Assembly (NCBI GenBank): GCA_009859145.1
Contig: VRVR01000056.1
Coordinates: 62,085-126,084 of the forward strand
DNA length: 64,000 nt
Source: Andalucia godoyi And28
Lineage: Eukaryota; Protista; Jakobida
Reading direction: 5' to 3'
The position numbers and the translations under genes are program-made. Every line of letters starts with the position of its first letter. Within the stretch, counting starts at the first letter, position 1. This document shows, in pieces, positions 19,294 to 29,862 of this stretch. The notes beneath the pieces were generated by a model, which saw only the letters and a list, made by a program, of their open reading frames with translations, was not told the origin of the DNA and ran no database searches.

Positions 19294-21375
19294 TCAAGCA
19301 GATCTCCCTTTCATAACCTTCCACCATGCTTTCAAAGCTTGAACCCACCGTCCAGCGCTCGGATCTCGCAAGCTGTCCCAGGAAATGTCAAGAAATCGAC
19401 CTCCTGAGAATGTAATTCGACAAGTCGCTCGCCGTTTCGCTGAATTGTCGACAGACAAACCGCTAATGGAATTCAAGAGAATTTCTCCATCTCGACGGGC
19501 ATTTTGAACAAGAGGGGAGCCCGGAGAAACAGGAACATCCCCGCGCGTCCAGAAAAGCAGTTCCTCCTCCCACGATACACAGAATGTCCTCGTAACTCTT
19601 CGGCCAGAAGCCAACAGGATATCAAACCGATGACTCACCGTCAATACATCATGATCCACTTCGAACGACTCAGACTGCATGTCTGCAGGCTGATCTTGTT
19701 CAGCTAGAGGACGGGCAACATCCTGTTCCCGATATTCAGAGGGGGAGGAATGCGGTTCCATGACGGCACCAAGGTCCTCATCCGTAATGGGCCTGCCAGA
19801 CTTTCCATGGCGTACATTGCTTCGAGGAACCAATCCCGCTCGTCCTCTACCGTCTTCAACAAGGAGAAACTGTTGTTTGGACCCCTTAACAAGAACGTTT
19901 GCCCCCGCCCGAATGGACAGTTCTTCCCGGGAGCGGCCAATGTGCGAGGTTACCACGACAGCTTTAATGGACACGAACTTCGTCACAACGGGCGGGGGCC
20001 GTGGAGCAGCCGCAGCACGGATTGGCTGCGAGCGAACCGGGCTATTCTCCTCCGCAATAACGCTCTCTTCTTCAACATCTTGATCTCGGACAATCGGAGA
20101 CGCTGCCAAAGGGTTTTCTGCAATGCGATCTGTCCTGACAGATGCATTGTTTTCCCGACGTCCGGCGACGTCAGAGAAATCGCTATCTTGACGAGCAACA
20201 CAAGCAGAAGGAAACAGGCCGACATCACCGCCGTCCTTCATGCCAAACCACATTGACGAACCCGGTTTTCGCATGACAGAAATAACTTCACCAACCTCGA
20301 GGTTCAACTCGAATTCGGATGCTGGGACATGTGATTTCAGAGCCACCATTTCTTCAAAGCGATTATCCACGAGTCCCGCTGAGAGGTTTCTTGAGAACCG
20401 AGCATCTTGGTCTTCGTTTGCAGATTTCCCAGGAGACAGATGGCGACTGGGGCTTGCCTGACGATAGTCTGGTTTGACATCAGCGCCAAAAGAAACGGAA
20501 GAACTGGAATGGGACGAAGTCGAATGAACAGGCAACTGCGGGCTGAGTGTCGTTTTTGGAAAATATTTCTCTTTCAGTTGCTCGCGAACTGAATCGACTG
20601 CAATAGACGGGGCAGCCGTGCCGAGGCTCATGCTTTCCAGCATCTGGCTTCGATCCGGACCCGCAGCATTTGAGCCAGTTTGGATGATGTGCGTATCGGC
20701 AGAGAAAGCTGGCCTTGAAGATGAAATAGCGAATTGCGAACTGTTGGAATACGGAGACGGGACGTACGAGGTGGAGGGCAATGGATGATACAGTGGAGTG
20801 GATATCGCATGTGCTCGAGTGCCAATTCCAGCATAGAGAGATGGCTGACTTGGTCCGTAAGAAGTAGAAGAATAAGAAGAAGAAGGCACAAAGGAATGCA
20901 CGGGCAAGGAAGAGCTCACAAAGGAGGAAGTTAAAGGAGCAGGAGGAACAACTGAAGAGAACGAGTTTGAAACTGTAAGAGGAGCGTCAGTGAATCGATA
21001 CTGATGCATAGATTGGTCAGAAGGCACCACTGGCGCAGCAGGGTGATATCCAAACGACGAAGAATAGCTAGACAGACTGGAGTTGCTCGAAAGGGATGGA
21101 TTATACAAAGAAGAAGAAGACGACGACGACGACGAAGAAGAATAAACAGAACTGGATCCATTTGAAGAGGATGGTCGAACAGAAGGAGAAATGGAGTACT
21201 GTCCAGAAAAAGAAGTAGAGCCACCAGAAGGAGATGCATACGAAGCAGTCGAAGCAGCAATAGCAGTCGCTCGTTCCCTGTTCCTCTTCTGCTCTTCCAG
21301 GAGCAGCAGCGCACGGCTGCGAATGGAGGAAGCCCCGTTCATAATTCTTTCCGGGGAACTGCTCGAATACTCCAT
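19294..21375 (-). CDS. Ser-rich adaptor protein with two SH3 domains and a C-terminal PH-like domain
   Basis: SH3-1 MVALKSHVPASEFELNLEVGEVI...WFG...GLFPSACV. SH3-2 AVVVTSHIGRSREELSIRAG...GLVPRSNV. C-terminal PH-like segment ending RWVQALKAWW. Confidence 0.75.
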   Translation of the reverse strand: MEYSSSSPERIMNGASSIRSRALLLLEEQKRNRERATAIAASTASYASPSGGSTSFSGQYSISPSVRPSSSNGSSSVYSSSSSSSSSSSLYNPSLSSNSSLSSYSSSFGYHPAAPVVPSDQSMHQYRFTDAPLTVSNSFSSVVPPAPLTSSFVSSSLPVHSFVPSSSYSSTSYGPSQPSLYAGIGTRAHAISTPLYHPLPSTSYVPSPYSNSSQFAISSSRPAFSADTHIIQTGSNAAGPDRSQMLESMSLGTAAPSIAVDSVREQLKEKYFPKTTLSPQLPVHSTSSHSSSSVSFGADVKPDYRQASPSRHLSPGKSANEDQDARFSRNLSAGLVDNRFEEMVALKSHVPASEFELNLEVGEVISVMRKPGSSMWFGMKDGGDVGLFPSACVARQDSDFSDVAGRRENNASVRTDRIAENPLAASPIVRDQDVEEESVIAEENSPVRSQPIRAAAAPRPPPVVTKFVSIKAVVVTSHIGRSREELSIRAGANVLVKGSKQQFLLVEDGRGRAGLVPRSNVRHGKSGRPITDEDLGAVMEPHSSPSEYREQDVARPLAEQDQPADMQSESFEVDHDVLTVSHRFDILLASGRRVTRTFCVSWEEELLFWTRGDVPVSPGSPLVQNARRDGEILLNSISGLSVDNSAKRRATCRITFSGGRFLDISWDSLRDPSAGRWVQALKAWWKVMKGRSA

Positions 21376-21802
21376 TTTGGTGTGCTACTGGCGAATCGTC
21401 CAATCGTGAGATGCACAAGCTGGGCGAATGTAAACAATGCAGAATTGACACTGCGAATGCGCGATCTTCTCTTCTTGGATCACGGGGTCTACTGATGGAG
21501 ACTCTCTGACTGCTGAGATGCAAAAACGGGGAGCTGTCTGTTGAACTGCATGCAAGCGCAACTCTCACCCGAAAAATGCAACTGCTACATTACAGCAGGT
21601 GGTGGACAAAAGTCAAAAAACTCGCTAGTCAAAAGAATCCCAGTAGTTTTTGTTTTCTTGTTTTTTGGTTTGGAAAGAACGGACTGCAGTGTTTCCATGC
21701 GGAAACCGTGTTCCGGGCTCTGGACTCCGGAGTGCCTTGGGACTTGGGAGGGGGTCATTCATCAAGGAGCAGAGTAAGAAATAGTACAGACAAACAGCAG
21801 TT

Positions 21803-22447
21803 TTAATTAAGGGCGATTCCAAACAATACTTTTCGGACAAGCGGCAAGTTTTGCTCAAAAGCGAGTTCCATACGTTGGTCCATTGTGTTGTTCACAGAAA
21901 TGCGATCATTATATCCAGTGGCAATCACACCTCCTGCTTTGCAGTCGTCCTTGGAAATGCGAGCGCTATCCAATGTGATCGTGAGGGTCTGATTCTGCAA
22001 CTTCTGACGGGCCTCCTGTTGAGCAGTTGCTAACACTGCCTGCACTTCAGCGACGTCCACATCTCTACAACGGATTTTCACCTCTGATTCGCGCATCTTG
22101 AGGACAGCTTGAACGATCACATTCTTCAGAATGTCTCGGGACGGCTTCATCGGAAGCGACGAACGGCATTCCTCGCGGACTTGATTCACGACGTCATCAC
22201 GCGCCTTGAGGACCTTCAAACGGCAGTTCTTGATATCGTTTGACCGGGCAATCTTCCGTTCCACTTCGATCTGTTTCTCCTTTTTCTCGTAGTCTCTGCG
22301 GATCTTCTCCTTTTCCTGTTCAATGAGCGTTTGCTTTTCGCGTGTGAACTCCTCTTCCGCCTGCATCGCAATTTCGCGAGCCTTGTCCTCGGCTTCCTGC
22401 TTGATGAAGGTGATCATCTGCTCAATTTGTTTGTCCACTTGCGACAT
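21803..22447 (-). CDS. ATP6V1E: V-type proton ATPase subunit E
   Basis: QIEQMITFIKQEAEDKAREI, AEEEFTREK, RLKVLKARDD, GGVIA, ISVNNTMDQRMEL; 214 aa. Confidence 0.97.
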   Translation of the reverse strand: MSQVDKQIEQMITFIKQEAEDKAREIAMQAEEEFTREKQTLIEQEKEKIRRDYEKKEKQIEVERKIARSNDIKNCRLKVLKARDDVVNQVREECRSSLPMKPSRDILKNVIVQAVLKMRESEVKIRCRDVDVAEVQAVLATAQQEARQKLQNQTLTITLDSARISKDDCKAGGVIATGYNDRISVNNTMDQRMELAFEQNLPLVRKVLFGIALN

Positions 22448-23070
22448 TTTCTACTGCAATGAATCTAAATCAAACGCGATGCTTTCGAATACACAAATAA
22501 TTTCAGAATCAGACAAGGAAAAGATAAGAGAAAAGGGAGACAAAAAAAAAAAGAGAACACCAAAAAAAAAAATAAATTAAATCGATGCAGAAAACAGGTT
22601 TTTTTTTCCACAGGAAATGAGACCGATGGAGAAGAAATCACATTCACGTACAAGCCCGATAGTTGTACAGATGATGCACTGACTGTCTTGTCATGTCAGC
22701 TTGCGCTTTGTATTATTATTATTATTATTATTTACAGCAGATCTGCCCGTGCACTGAGATTGGACATTCGAGCCTTTGAGGCTAGACCGCTTTTGAGCGT
22801 TTTGCGCCAAAATGTCTTTTGGCCAAGACCAAAAAGACGCTTGTTGAACTGTGCACTCTAAAGCATCGTCCTTTTTCATTGATCTTGTTTGTTTGTTTTG
22901 GTTGGAGTGTGTTTGGTTGTGTTTGTGCGTTAGTGTGGGTGGGTGCGCTTGTCTGGCGGTTTGATTCTTCTTAATTTGCTTGTGGGGATTGACGGCATTA
23001 TTATTTATTTTTTTTGGGTAGTTTTCTCCCTTTCGCCGCAGGGGCTCCTGAATTTCGGTATTTTGTTTCG

Positions 23071-26000
23071 ATGGCAGATTGTGTTAGGGTTGCGGTGCGC
23101 GTGCGCCCACTTTCTGCGAAAGAGGAGCTTTCGGGCTGTCGTTCTTGTGTGCGATTCCTTGCACCTCCCAACGACAACCAGCTCGTCGTTGGAAGAGACC
23201 GAGCGTTTACGTTTGACCAAGTATTCTCCCACACGGCGGCACAATCCAAAGTGTTTGACGTTTGCGTTTCATCCTTGTTGGACGCAACGTTGGACGGGTA
23301 CAATGCCACTATTTTCGCATATGGACAAACCGGCTCTGGAAAGACTTTTACAATGGGCACGGATGGATCATCTTTCATCTCTTCAGACACTGTCTCGGCC
23401 TTGACTCCGGATTCCATTGAATCGGGTTCGGTCAGCGTGCAGTTTGACAAGCAGAAGATGGGCATTGCACCGCGAGTCATTGAAGACCTCTTTTCAAGAA
23501 TTGGCAAGCTTTCGAAGTCTCGGGATCTTCCCGGGGGGACTGTTGAAGCCAGAAAATTCTCGGTGCGGGTGTCATATCTGGAAATTTATAATGAGGAGAT
23601 CCGAGATCTGCTTCATCCGTCCACTCCCTCCAAGAATATTGCAATTCGAGAGGATTCGCATGGTGGCATTATCGTGGCAGGTGTTCAAGAAGAAACGGTC
23701 GAAACCGCCGATGAACTCATCCAGTGTTTGATCCGAGGGTCGCTGTGCCGAACAACCGGATCAACGCTGATGAACGAAGCATCCTCTCGGTCCCATTCAA
23801 TTTTCACCATCATTACTGATCAAAAGGTTATTCGAAAGAATGTCCAGTCTCCCAACCGTGTGCCTTTACCGACCTCACCGGCTGCTTTCCAGGAGGATGA
23901 GTTCTTCTCTTCGAAGTTTCATCTGGTTGATTTGGCTGGTTCCGAAAGGAATAAGCGAACCGGAGCGCAAGGGGCACGTTTTAAGGAGTCTGTGACCATC
24001 AACTCTGGACTTCTTGCCCTTGGCAATGTGATCTCCGCTCTGGGAGATGAGAAGCGGCGAATTCAACCTAACTTTTATGTGCCGTATCGTGATTCCAAAC
24101 TGACTCGGCTTTTGCAAGACTCTCTTGGTGGCAATTCCAAAACCTGGATGCTCGCTTGCGTTTCTCCGGCGGACTCTTCATTTGACGAGACACTGAATAC
24201 GCTGAAGTACGCCAACAGAGCGAGGAATATTCAGAATCAGCCGATCAGGAATGTAGACCCGCAGGCCGCGGAACTCAAAGCCCTTCGTGACGAAATTCTT
24301 TCCCTCCAGCAACAAATTCATACCGGTTCCAAACCGAACATTTCCACACTCGCGGACATGTCATTCTCCTCTGTGGAAGATCTAATATCCTCTCATAATG
24401 TTCTGTGCAAGAAGTGCGATCGACTGTCGGAAATCGTCAACGCTTTCCCGCACAAGTCCGAACACTACAAAAGAGCGGATGCGAAGCATGGACCTCTTTT
24501 CCATCTTGTTTCGTTCGTGTCATCTGTACTAGACGCCAAGACTCAGGCAGAAGTTTCCAGCATACGCATTCCTGATTTCATATCAGCCGTGCAGTTTTCC
24601 ACGGATTCTCTTCGTGGGAGTGCAGAAAGTACGAAGGACAACGAGGAATTGATGTACAATATGCAACAAGAATTGATCAACCTGAAGTTGAAGAATGACA
24701 AGAACCATGCGACAATTCGGCAGCTGGAAGACGATTTGTTCGAATCTCAAAACAAATGCGTGTCGTTACATGCTGATTTGACTGAAGCGAGATCGGATTT
24801 GTTGCGAGACGAAGAGATTTTTTCAGAAAAGATGGAAGAAATGAAGGTTCTATGGAAGCAGATCGAGGACTTGCAATTGCAACTGCGAAGAGGCAACGAC
24901 TCTGAGGTGTTTTCAGAAGTCGCAAAGCCGGCACCTTATGGTTCCGCAAGCAGCAGACCGGATTCTGCGATCGGACAGGCTACATTTTCTCCGAAGATGG
25001 CGAAAATTATGGAAACAAATCGAGCAGCGGAGTCTCTTGAAGATGCAGATGCCGTCTTGGTTCGTTCGCCTGAACAAAAGAGTTTTGTGGACGATAGCAT
25101 TATGTCTGCTGCGCAGCCGTCTGAAGACGAGCTTCATAAAGAGTTAGGCCGTTTAAGAGACGAGAACGCCGACGCCAAGCGCAAACTGACTGCGCTGCGA
25201 CGCGAGTCGGATCAGGTGAGAAAGCAGCTGAGAAATGTCGAAACAGAGAGCAGTCGCCAGTTGTCAATTTTGCATAGAAAACTGGAAACGAAGGAGCGGG
25301 AATTGTCTGCTCTGCAGTTTCGGTTGGAGCGCCGTGTGCAGCCTTCTTCAATTCAAAAGAAATCTGGGCCCGCGAACCACGGTCGGAAAGAAGAAGCGGA
25401 TATTTTGGCTGACATATCTGCTATACGAGAAGCAGAAGATGATACGTTTGATGAAGAAATGATGGCCATGCTTCGGAAGGAAACACCCCGCCGTCCAAAA
25501 ACCGCGGGTGCTTCTACGTCTGCTTCTGATGCCAACACACCGAAACCACAGCGGCGGCTTGTGTTCTCGCCGTCTGCGAAAGACGAAAAAGCAAGAGGCT
25601 GGCGACCTTCCACAGCCCCTTCTTCAGGCGCATCTATTTCGTCATCCTCGGTTGCGCAGGTCGAGCCTGATTTGAATGCGATGATTTTGCAGAAGGAGGC
25701 TCTTGAAAAGCTCGAAGTCGAATTGAAGGAGAGAGAGAAGATTGTTCAAGAGCGAGAAAGTGCAATGAAACGAAAATCAACTCTCGAAGAGGTTCGAACC
25801 CCTCGAAATGATAAGCCGTTGTTAAAGCTCGATGCTGCTGGCGAGATGACAACCCAACAATCGATCGTTGCTTTGGATGACCAGATATCCGACTTGGAGC
25901 GAGAAATGACGTACGCTGGACGCTCACCGTCAAAATCATCGACTTTGCAAGATCTTGCAATCCAGACTGCAGCGGCGGCAGCGTCTGAACTTGAGAACCT

Positions 26001-26991
26001 GAAAGATCGTCGAGAAGCACTTTCCGTGAATCTGCGCCGAGAGAATCGTGTCGATACGGAATATTCAGAAGTCTGTGACCGTATCGACATTCTAGAGGCT
26101 CAGTTAAAATTCAAAGACGATTCCATCGCACAGTTACGCAGTTCGATCAGCGTTGCTGCAAAAACTGTGTCGGCTTCGGTGGCACTGCCATCTTTGTGGT
26201 CCTTTATTGGCGAAGAACCTGCGAAGAACGTGGAAACCTCGGATCACTCGGAAAATGTTCTCAAGCGGTATTTCGATGCGATGGTCAACCTCAAGGTAGA
26301 TTTGCGCAAACAAGAGCGAGTTCGAATGCAGCTTGAGCTTGAGATCTCTGAGAAGAACTCCGCTCTGGACAACTTGCAGCGATCGATCCTGGTTCTCGAG
26401 AAGGAGTTTGATCGTAGACTGGACAAACAGGCAAACGACTTTCGTGTTCAGCAGGGCCTGTGGCAAATTGAAAGAGAGCGTTTTGAGCAAGAGCGTCGTG
26501 AACTGGAGAAGCAGGTTGCTGGTGTGCAGAAGCGCTCACGCTCTGCGACACCATCGCCGTTCACAACCCCGTCTTCAAAGGACATGTCGGCTGACTCTCC
26601 ACCAGAGGCCCTGCATTCTGCTTTGCGACAAAAAGAAGAACAGTTGCAAATTCTTGACAAGGATAATTACTACTATCGACAGACGAATCGCGAACTGAAG
26701 CGTAAGCTGCGTGAAGTGCTGGGAGCGCTCGACAAGGAGAAGAAACAGTGGTTGAAGGACCGACAGTCGCTTCTTGCGGAAATTGAGAATCTGAAGGAAT
26801 TTTTGTGTCAGGATTCCGCGCCGAACAGTGCCCGTCAGGTTGTCCGTCGATCCGTTTCGGATCTAAGACCGCTTTCTGCGGCCGAGATTGCTGAGCGGAA
26901 AGCACAGGCCTCCCAATCGCCAGGCATCGCCCAACCGGCGACAGCCACCCCGATTCGGAGCCCCTCCACGGGAAAGCGAGTGCGAACCTAA
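23071..26991 (+). CDS. Kinesin-4 family motor (KIF27/KIF7/KIF4-like) with long coiled-coil tail
   Basis: VRVAVRVRP, P-loop GQTGSGKT, NEASSRSH (switch I), DLAGSER (switch II), KRTGAQGARFKESVTINSGLLALGNVISALGD, VPYRDSKLTRLLQDSLGGNSKT. ATG at 23071. Confidence 0.95.
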   Translation: MADCVRVAVRVRPLSAKEELSGCRSCVRFLAPPNDNQLVVGRDRAFTFDQVFSHTAAQSKVFDVCVSSLLDATLDGYNATIFAYGQTGSGKTFTMGTDGSSFISSDTVSALTPDSIESGSVSVQFDKQKMGIAPRVIEDLFSRIGKLSKSRDLPGGTVEARKFSVRVSYLEIYNEEIRDLLHPSTPSKNIAIREDSHGGIIVAGVQEETVETADELIQCLIRGSLCRTTGSTLMNEASSRSHSIFTIITDQKVIRKNVQSPNRVPLPTSPAAFQEDEFFSSKFHLVDLAGSERNKRTGAQGARFKESVTINSGLLALGNVISALGDEKRRIQPNFYVPYRDSKLTRLLQDSLGGNSKTWMLACVSPADSSFDETLNTLKYANRARNIQNQPIRNVDPQAAELKALRDEILSLQQQIHTGSKPNISTLADMSFSSVEDLISSHNVLCKKCDRLSEIVNAFPHKSEHYKRADAKHGPLFHLVSFVSSVLDAKTQAEVSSIRIPDFISAVQFSTDSLRGSAESTKDNEELMYNMQQELINLKLKNDKNHATIRQLEDDLFESQNKCVSLHADLTEARSDLLRDEEIFSEKMEEMKVLWKQIEDLQLQLRRGNDSEVFSEVAKPAPYGSASSRPDSAIGQATFSPKMAKIMETNRAAESLEDADAVLVRSPEQKSFVDDSIMSAAQPSEDELHKELGRLRDENADAKRKLTALRRESDQVRKQLRNVETESSRQLSILHRKLETKERELSALQFRLERRVQPSSIQKKSGPANHGRKEEADILADISAIREAEDDTFDEEMMAMLRKETPRRPKTAGASTSASDANTPKPQRRLVFSPSAKDEKARGWRPSTAPSSGASISSSSVAQVEPDLNAMILQKEALEKLEVELKEREKIVQERESAMKRKSTLEEVRTPRNDKPLLKLDAAGEMTTQQSIVALDDQISDLEREMTYAGRSPSKSSTLQDLAIQTAAAAASELENLKDRREALSVNLRRENRVDTEYSEVCDRIDILEAQLKFKDDSIAQLRSSISVAAKTVSASVALPSLWSFIGEEPAKNVETSDHSENVLKRYFDAMVNLKVDLRKQERVRMQLELEISEKNSALDNLQRSILVLEKEFDRRLDKQANDFRVQQGLWQIERERFEQERRELEKQVAGVQKRSRSATPSPFTTPSSKDMSADSPPEALHSALRQKEEQLQILDKDNYYYRQTNRELKRKLREVLGALDKEKKQWLKDRQSLLAEIENLKEFLCQDSAPNSARQVVRRSVSDLRPLSAAEIAERKAQASQSPGIAQPATATPIRSPSTGKRVRT

Positions 26992-27116
26992 CATTGGTTG
27001 GATATATGCATTTTTGAATATTAATGTACATACGCAAACAACTACTACGTTATTTTCTTTGAACAGGAATGCAAAGCATTTTAGCATTCTGCCGCATCTA
27101 ATAATGCGTGCGACAT

Positions 27117-27962
27117 CTACAATCTGACCAAGTTTCCAAAGAAGACCGTGACGCCTTTTGGCACATGGTCCACAATATGAAGCTCGCACTGGCACCGCAA
27201 AGCGTTGCCTGCATCCACGGTTGAACGCTTCGGTTTCTGTTCGACCGCATCCTCCCGCACGCTGGACGACTGCTGCTGAATCATGGACATCCAAGACCGG
27301 ACAACTTCGAGATCCATGTTTCGCGGAAGCAAGACTGCAACATTCGCAGTGATCTTGAAGCACTCCCTGATCAGACGATTCAGATCCAGACTTTCAAGAT
27401 CCTCCAACCTCACAGCAGAATGAGATTTATAGGACGGACCACCCCAGGGCGGAGCGACAAATATTGCATCTACAAATCCCTTCCATCTGGTTCCACACCG
27501 ATGCAGAATCGACACTGCTTCTCCGCGGAAAACCTCAATTTTTGCATCGACTCCGTACACCTCGGCATTGTGTGAAACACATCGAGAACGCACTTCATCA
27601 TACTCGATTGATCCAACCCAATCAATATCTTTGTGCGATGCAAATGCAACTGAGTTTCCGCCGACGCCTGCGCAAATGTCGAGCACGACTCGATTTCCAC
27701 ATTCCGCAATGCGCTTCGCTGCAGAAACAGCGAGCACCCGCGGAGTGACCGAGTACCATCCTTGCTCATCACACCAAATTGGCGGCTGCACTGCTCCTTC
27801 ACGATGAACAAGAGGAGGGAAATAGTTGGGCTGGCAAGACAGAAATGACAAGATGTGGGGGTACTTCTTTATGGACGCCCGAGAAGGCGGAAAGGGCCAC
27901 AGAACTCTGCGCCCTTGCACTAACGTCTGTGCGTCCTTTTCAACTCCATTCTTGCCTTTCAT
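27117..27962 (-). CDS. TGS1: Trimethylguanosine synthase (RNA cap hypermethylase)
   Basis: WYSVTPRVLA, VVLDICAGVGGNSVAFA, IEYD, HNAEVYGV, DAIFVAPPWGGPSY. An upstream exon from ATG 28261 may join through a short intron. Confidence 0.9.
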   Translation of the reverse strand: MKGKNGVEKDAQTLVQGRRVLWPFPPSRASIKKYPHILSFLSCQPNYFPPLVHREGAVQPPIWCDEQGWYSVTPRVLAVSAAKRIAECGNRVVLDICAGVGGNSVAFASHKDIDWVGSIEYDEVRSRCVSHNAEVYGVDAKIEVFRGEAVSILHRCGTRWKGFVDAIFVAPPWGGPSYKSHSAVRLEDLESLDLNRLIRECFKITANVAVLLPRNMDLEVVRSWMSMIQQQSSSVREDAVEQKPKRSTVDAGNALRCQCELHIVDHVPKGVTVFFGNLVRL

Positions 27963-28261
27963 ATCTACCAGCCTTCTCCTTCGTGCTGCACCAGGGCGGT
28001 GGGCAATAGCTGCGGCGTTTCATGCAGAGTGTAAAAACCTTTGGATCCTCGAGCTTTTGCCTTTCTGGGCTCTACGAAAGCTAGCCTACTGTAGTGCACC
28101 CTCGGCTTTTTCGCTTCTTCTGAAAGCGGGGCGACTTGAATGCTGGTGAGCCCAAAGTCTGAGGTTTTGAAGAGGTTTTGCTTTGTGTTTGTGTTTCCGT
28201 CCTTGTCGGAATTTCCTTCGTTCTTTTTCAGGTTCTCATTTTCATATATTTCGCTATCCAT

Positions 28262-28356
28262 TTGTTCTTGTTCTTGTTTTGTTCTTGTTTTTGTTCTTGT
28301 TTTTGTTCTTGTTTTTGTTCTTGTTTTTGTTCTTGTTCTTGTTCTTGTTCTTGTTC
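28262..28356. repeat. Hexamer microsatellite (TTGTTC/TTGTTT)n
   Basis: About 15 tandem hexamer units in the TGS1/eIF2-alpha divergent spacer. Confidence 0.9.
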
Positions 28357-28414
28357 TGTTGGGATTTGAAAAAGAAGAGCCAGCGACAGCAGAAGCGCAA
28401 TCTGAACGAAAGAA

Positions 28415-29545
28415 ATGTCTTCTCAGAACTTTAGATTTTATAAGAACCAGTATCCGAAGGAAGGTCAGAATGTGGTTGTAGTCGTCCGTTCGATCCAAGA
28501 CATGGGTGCGTATGTCTCTCTTCTTGAGTACGGAAACGTCGAAGGAATGATCTTGATGTCCGAGCTTTCACGCCGCCGTATCCGCTCGATTTCGAAATTG
28601 ATCCGTGTTGGCCGACAAGAAGTAGTCCAAGTTTTGCGAGTGGATCCGGATAAGGGATACATTGATCTTTCAAAGTCCAAGGTGAAGCCGGAGGAGGCGT
28701 TTCTTGTAGAAGAAAAGTTCAATCACGCACGTACGGTACAGAGTATTCTGCGCGCAACTGCAGAAAAGTTCACTCGGGACATTCAGACCGAGTCGGACCC
28801 CGCGAAGAAGCAAGCGCTCAAAGACAAGTTCGGAAACATTACGCTGCCGTTCCTTTGCGAACATGTTTCATGGCCCTTGTATGAACATCCAAAGTTTGCG
28901 AATCTGGACTGCCCTGCATACCGCGCTTTCGAGTACTCAGTTGCACACCCCGAAGAAGTGTTTACGCCGCAGCTCTGCCAAAGCATTCCGGACGAGGTTA
29001 TCGAGTACATCAAGGCCGATATTGGCAGAAAGCTGAAGGCTCAACCCATCCGCCTTCGTGCAGATATGAATCTTACGTGCTTTTCTTTCGATGGAATCGA
29101 AGCAATTCGCTATGCGTTGATTCGAGGTGAAGAGCTCGCAAATAAGATTAGTCCAGGAAGTGTCAAGATCTGCTTGACTGCTCCGCCATTGTATGCAGTA
29201 ACATGTGTCAGTGGATCCAAGGTGGACGGGATTGAACTCATGAAGAGGGTCATCCAGGAAATTCAAACTGCAATGGAGGAGAAGAAAGGCAAGTTCGAGC
29301 TGAAGCAAGAGCCAAAGGTCATCTCAGAGAAGGAAGAGAAGAGCTTGTCTTCGATCATTGCGAATGCAGACGGCGAAAATTCAGAAGATGACGACGAAGA
29401 TGGCTCAGATGACTCGGAGGACGGTTCCGAAAACGAGGACGAGGATGACGACGATGAGGCGGAAGAGGACGAGGATGAACTCCGAGGAATCAAACGAAAG
29501 CCACGCAAGGTTGCGCACAAGGGAGGCGAAGACGAAGACGATTGA
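28415..29545 (+). CDS. EIF2S1: Eukaryotic translation initiation factor 2 subunit alpha
   Basis: FRFYKNQYP, S1 domain, ILMSELSRRRIRSI (Ser51 phosphosite context), KGYIDLSK, acidic C-terminal tail. Confidence 0.98.
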   Translation: MSSQNFRFYKNQYPKEGQNVVVVVRSIQDMGAYVSLLEYGNVEGMILMSELSRRRIRSISKLIRVGRQEVVQVLRVDPDKGYIDLSKSKVKPEEAFLVEEKFNHARTVQSILRATAEKFTRDIQTESDPAKKQALKDKFGNITLPFLCEHVSWPLYEHPKFANLDCPAYRAFEYSVAHPEEVFTPQLCQSIPDEVIEYIKADIGRKLKAQPIRLRADMNLTCFSFDGIEAIRYALIRGEELANKISPGSVKICLTAPPLYAVTCVSGSKVDGIELMKRVIQEIQTAMEEKKGKFELKQEPKVISEKEEKSLSSIIANADGENSEDDDEDGSDDSEDGSENEDEDDDDEAEEDEDELRGIKRKPRKVAHKGGEDEDD

Positions 29546-29727
29546 GAGGGTTGATTCTTCATGATCTTTCCTGTGCAGCTGTTGTTTTTGCGATCATCTA
29601 TAAAACGATTACCACACTCCTTCAAATCCATATCTCAAGAAGAACAGAAAGCAACCTTTTTTACGTCGCATCATGTTAGTGGTTCAAGACATCTTGTTCT
29701 TTTCTTCGTACAAAATACACAGACACA

Positions 29728-29728
29728 G

Positions 29729-29761
<33 letters not shown>

Positions 29762-29769
29762 CACACACA
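29728..29769. repeat. (CA)n microsatellite
   Basis: Near-perfect CA dinucleotide run. Confidence 0.9.
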
Positions 29770-29862
29770 TATGCACGCACAAGCGCACAAACGTACGCAG
29801 AGAAGATGTACCCAAATTGACAAGTCGACTTTTCCCCCTCCTCTCCCCGCATCCCCAATCTT

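Noticed and set aside
21680-21770. GC-rich, partly self-complementary patch between the SH3 and V-ATPase E genes
   Set aside because: Stems are short and no RNA family motif is present; could be UTR.
22615-22685. Possible C/D snoRNA (ATGAGA/ATGATG...CTGA)
   Set aside because: Box C is imperfect, there is no convincing terminal stem, and I could not identify an rRNA-complementary guide.
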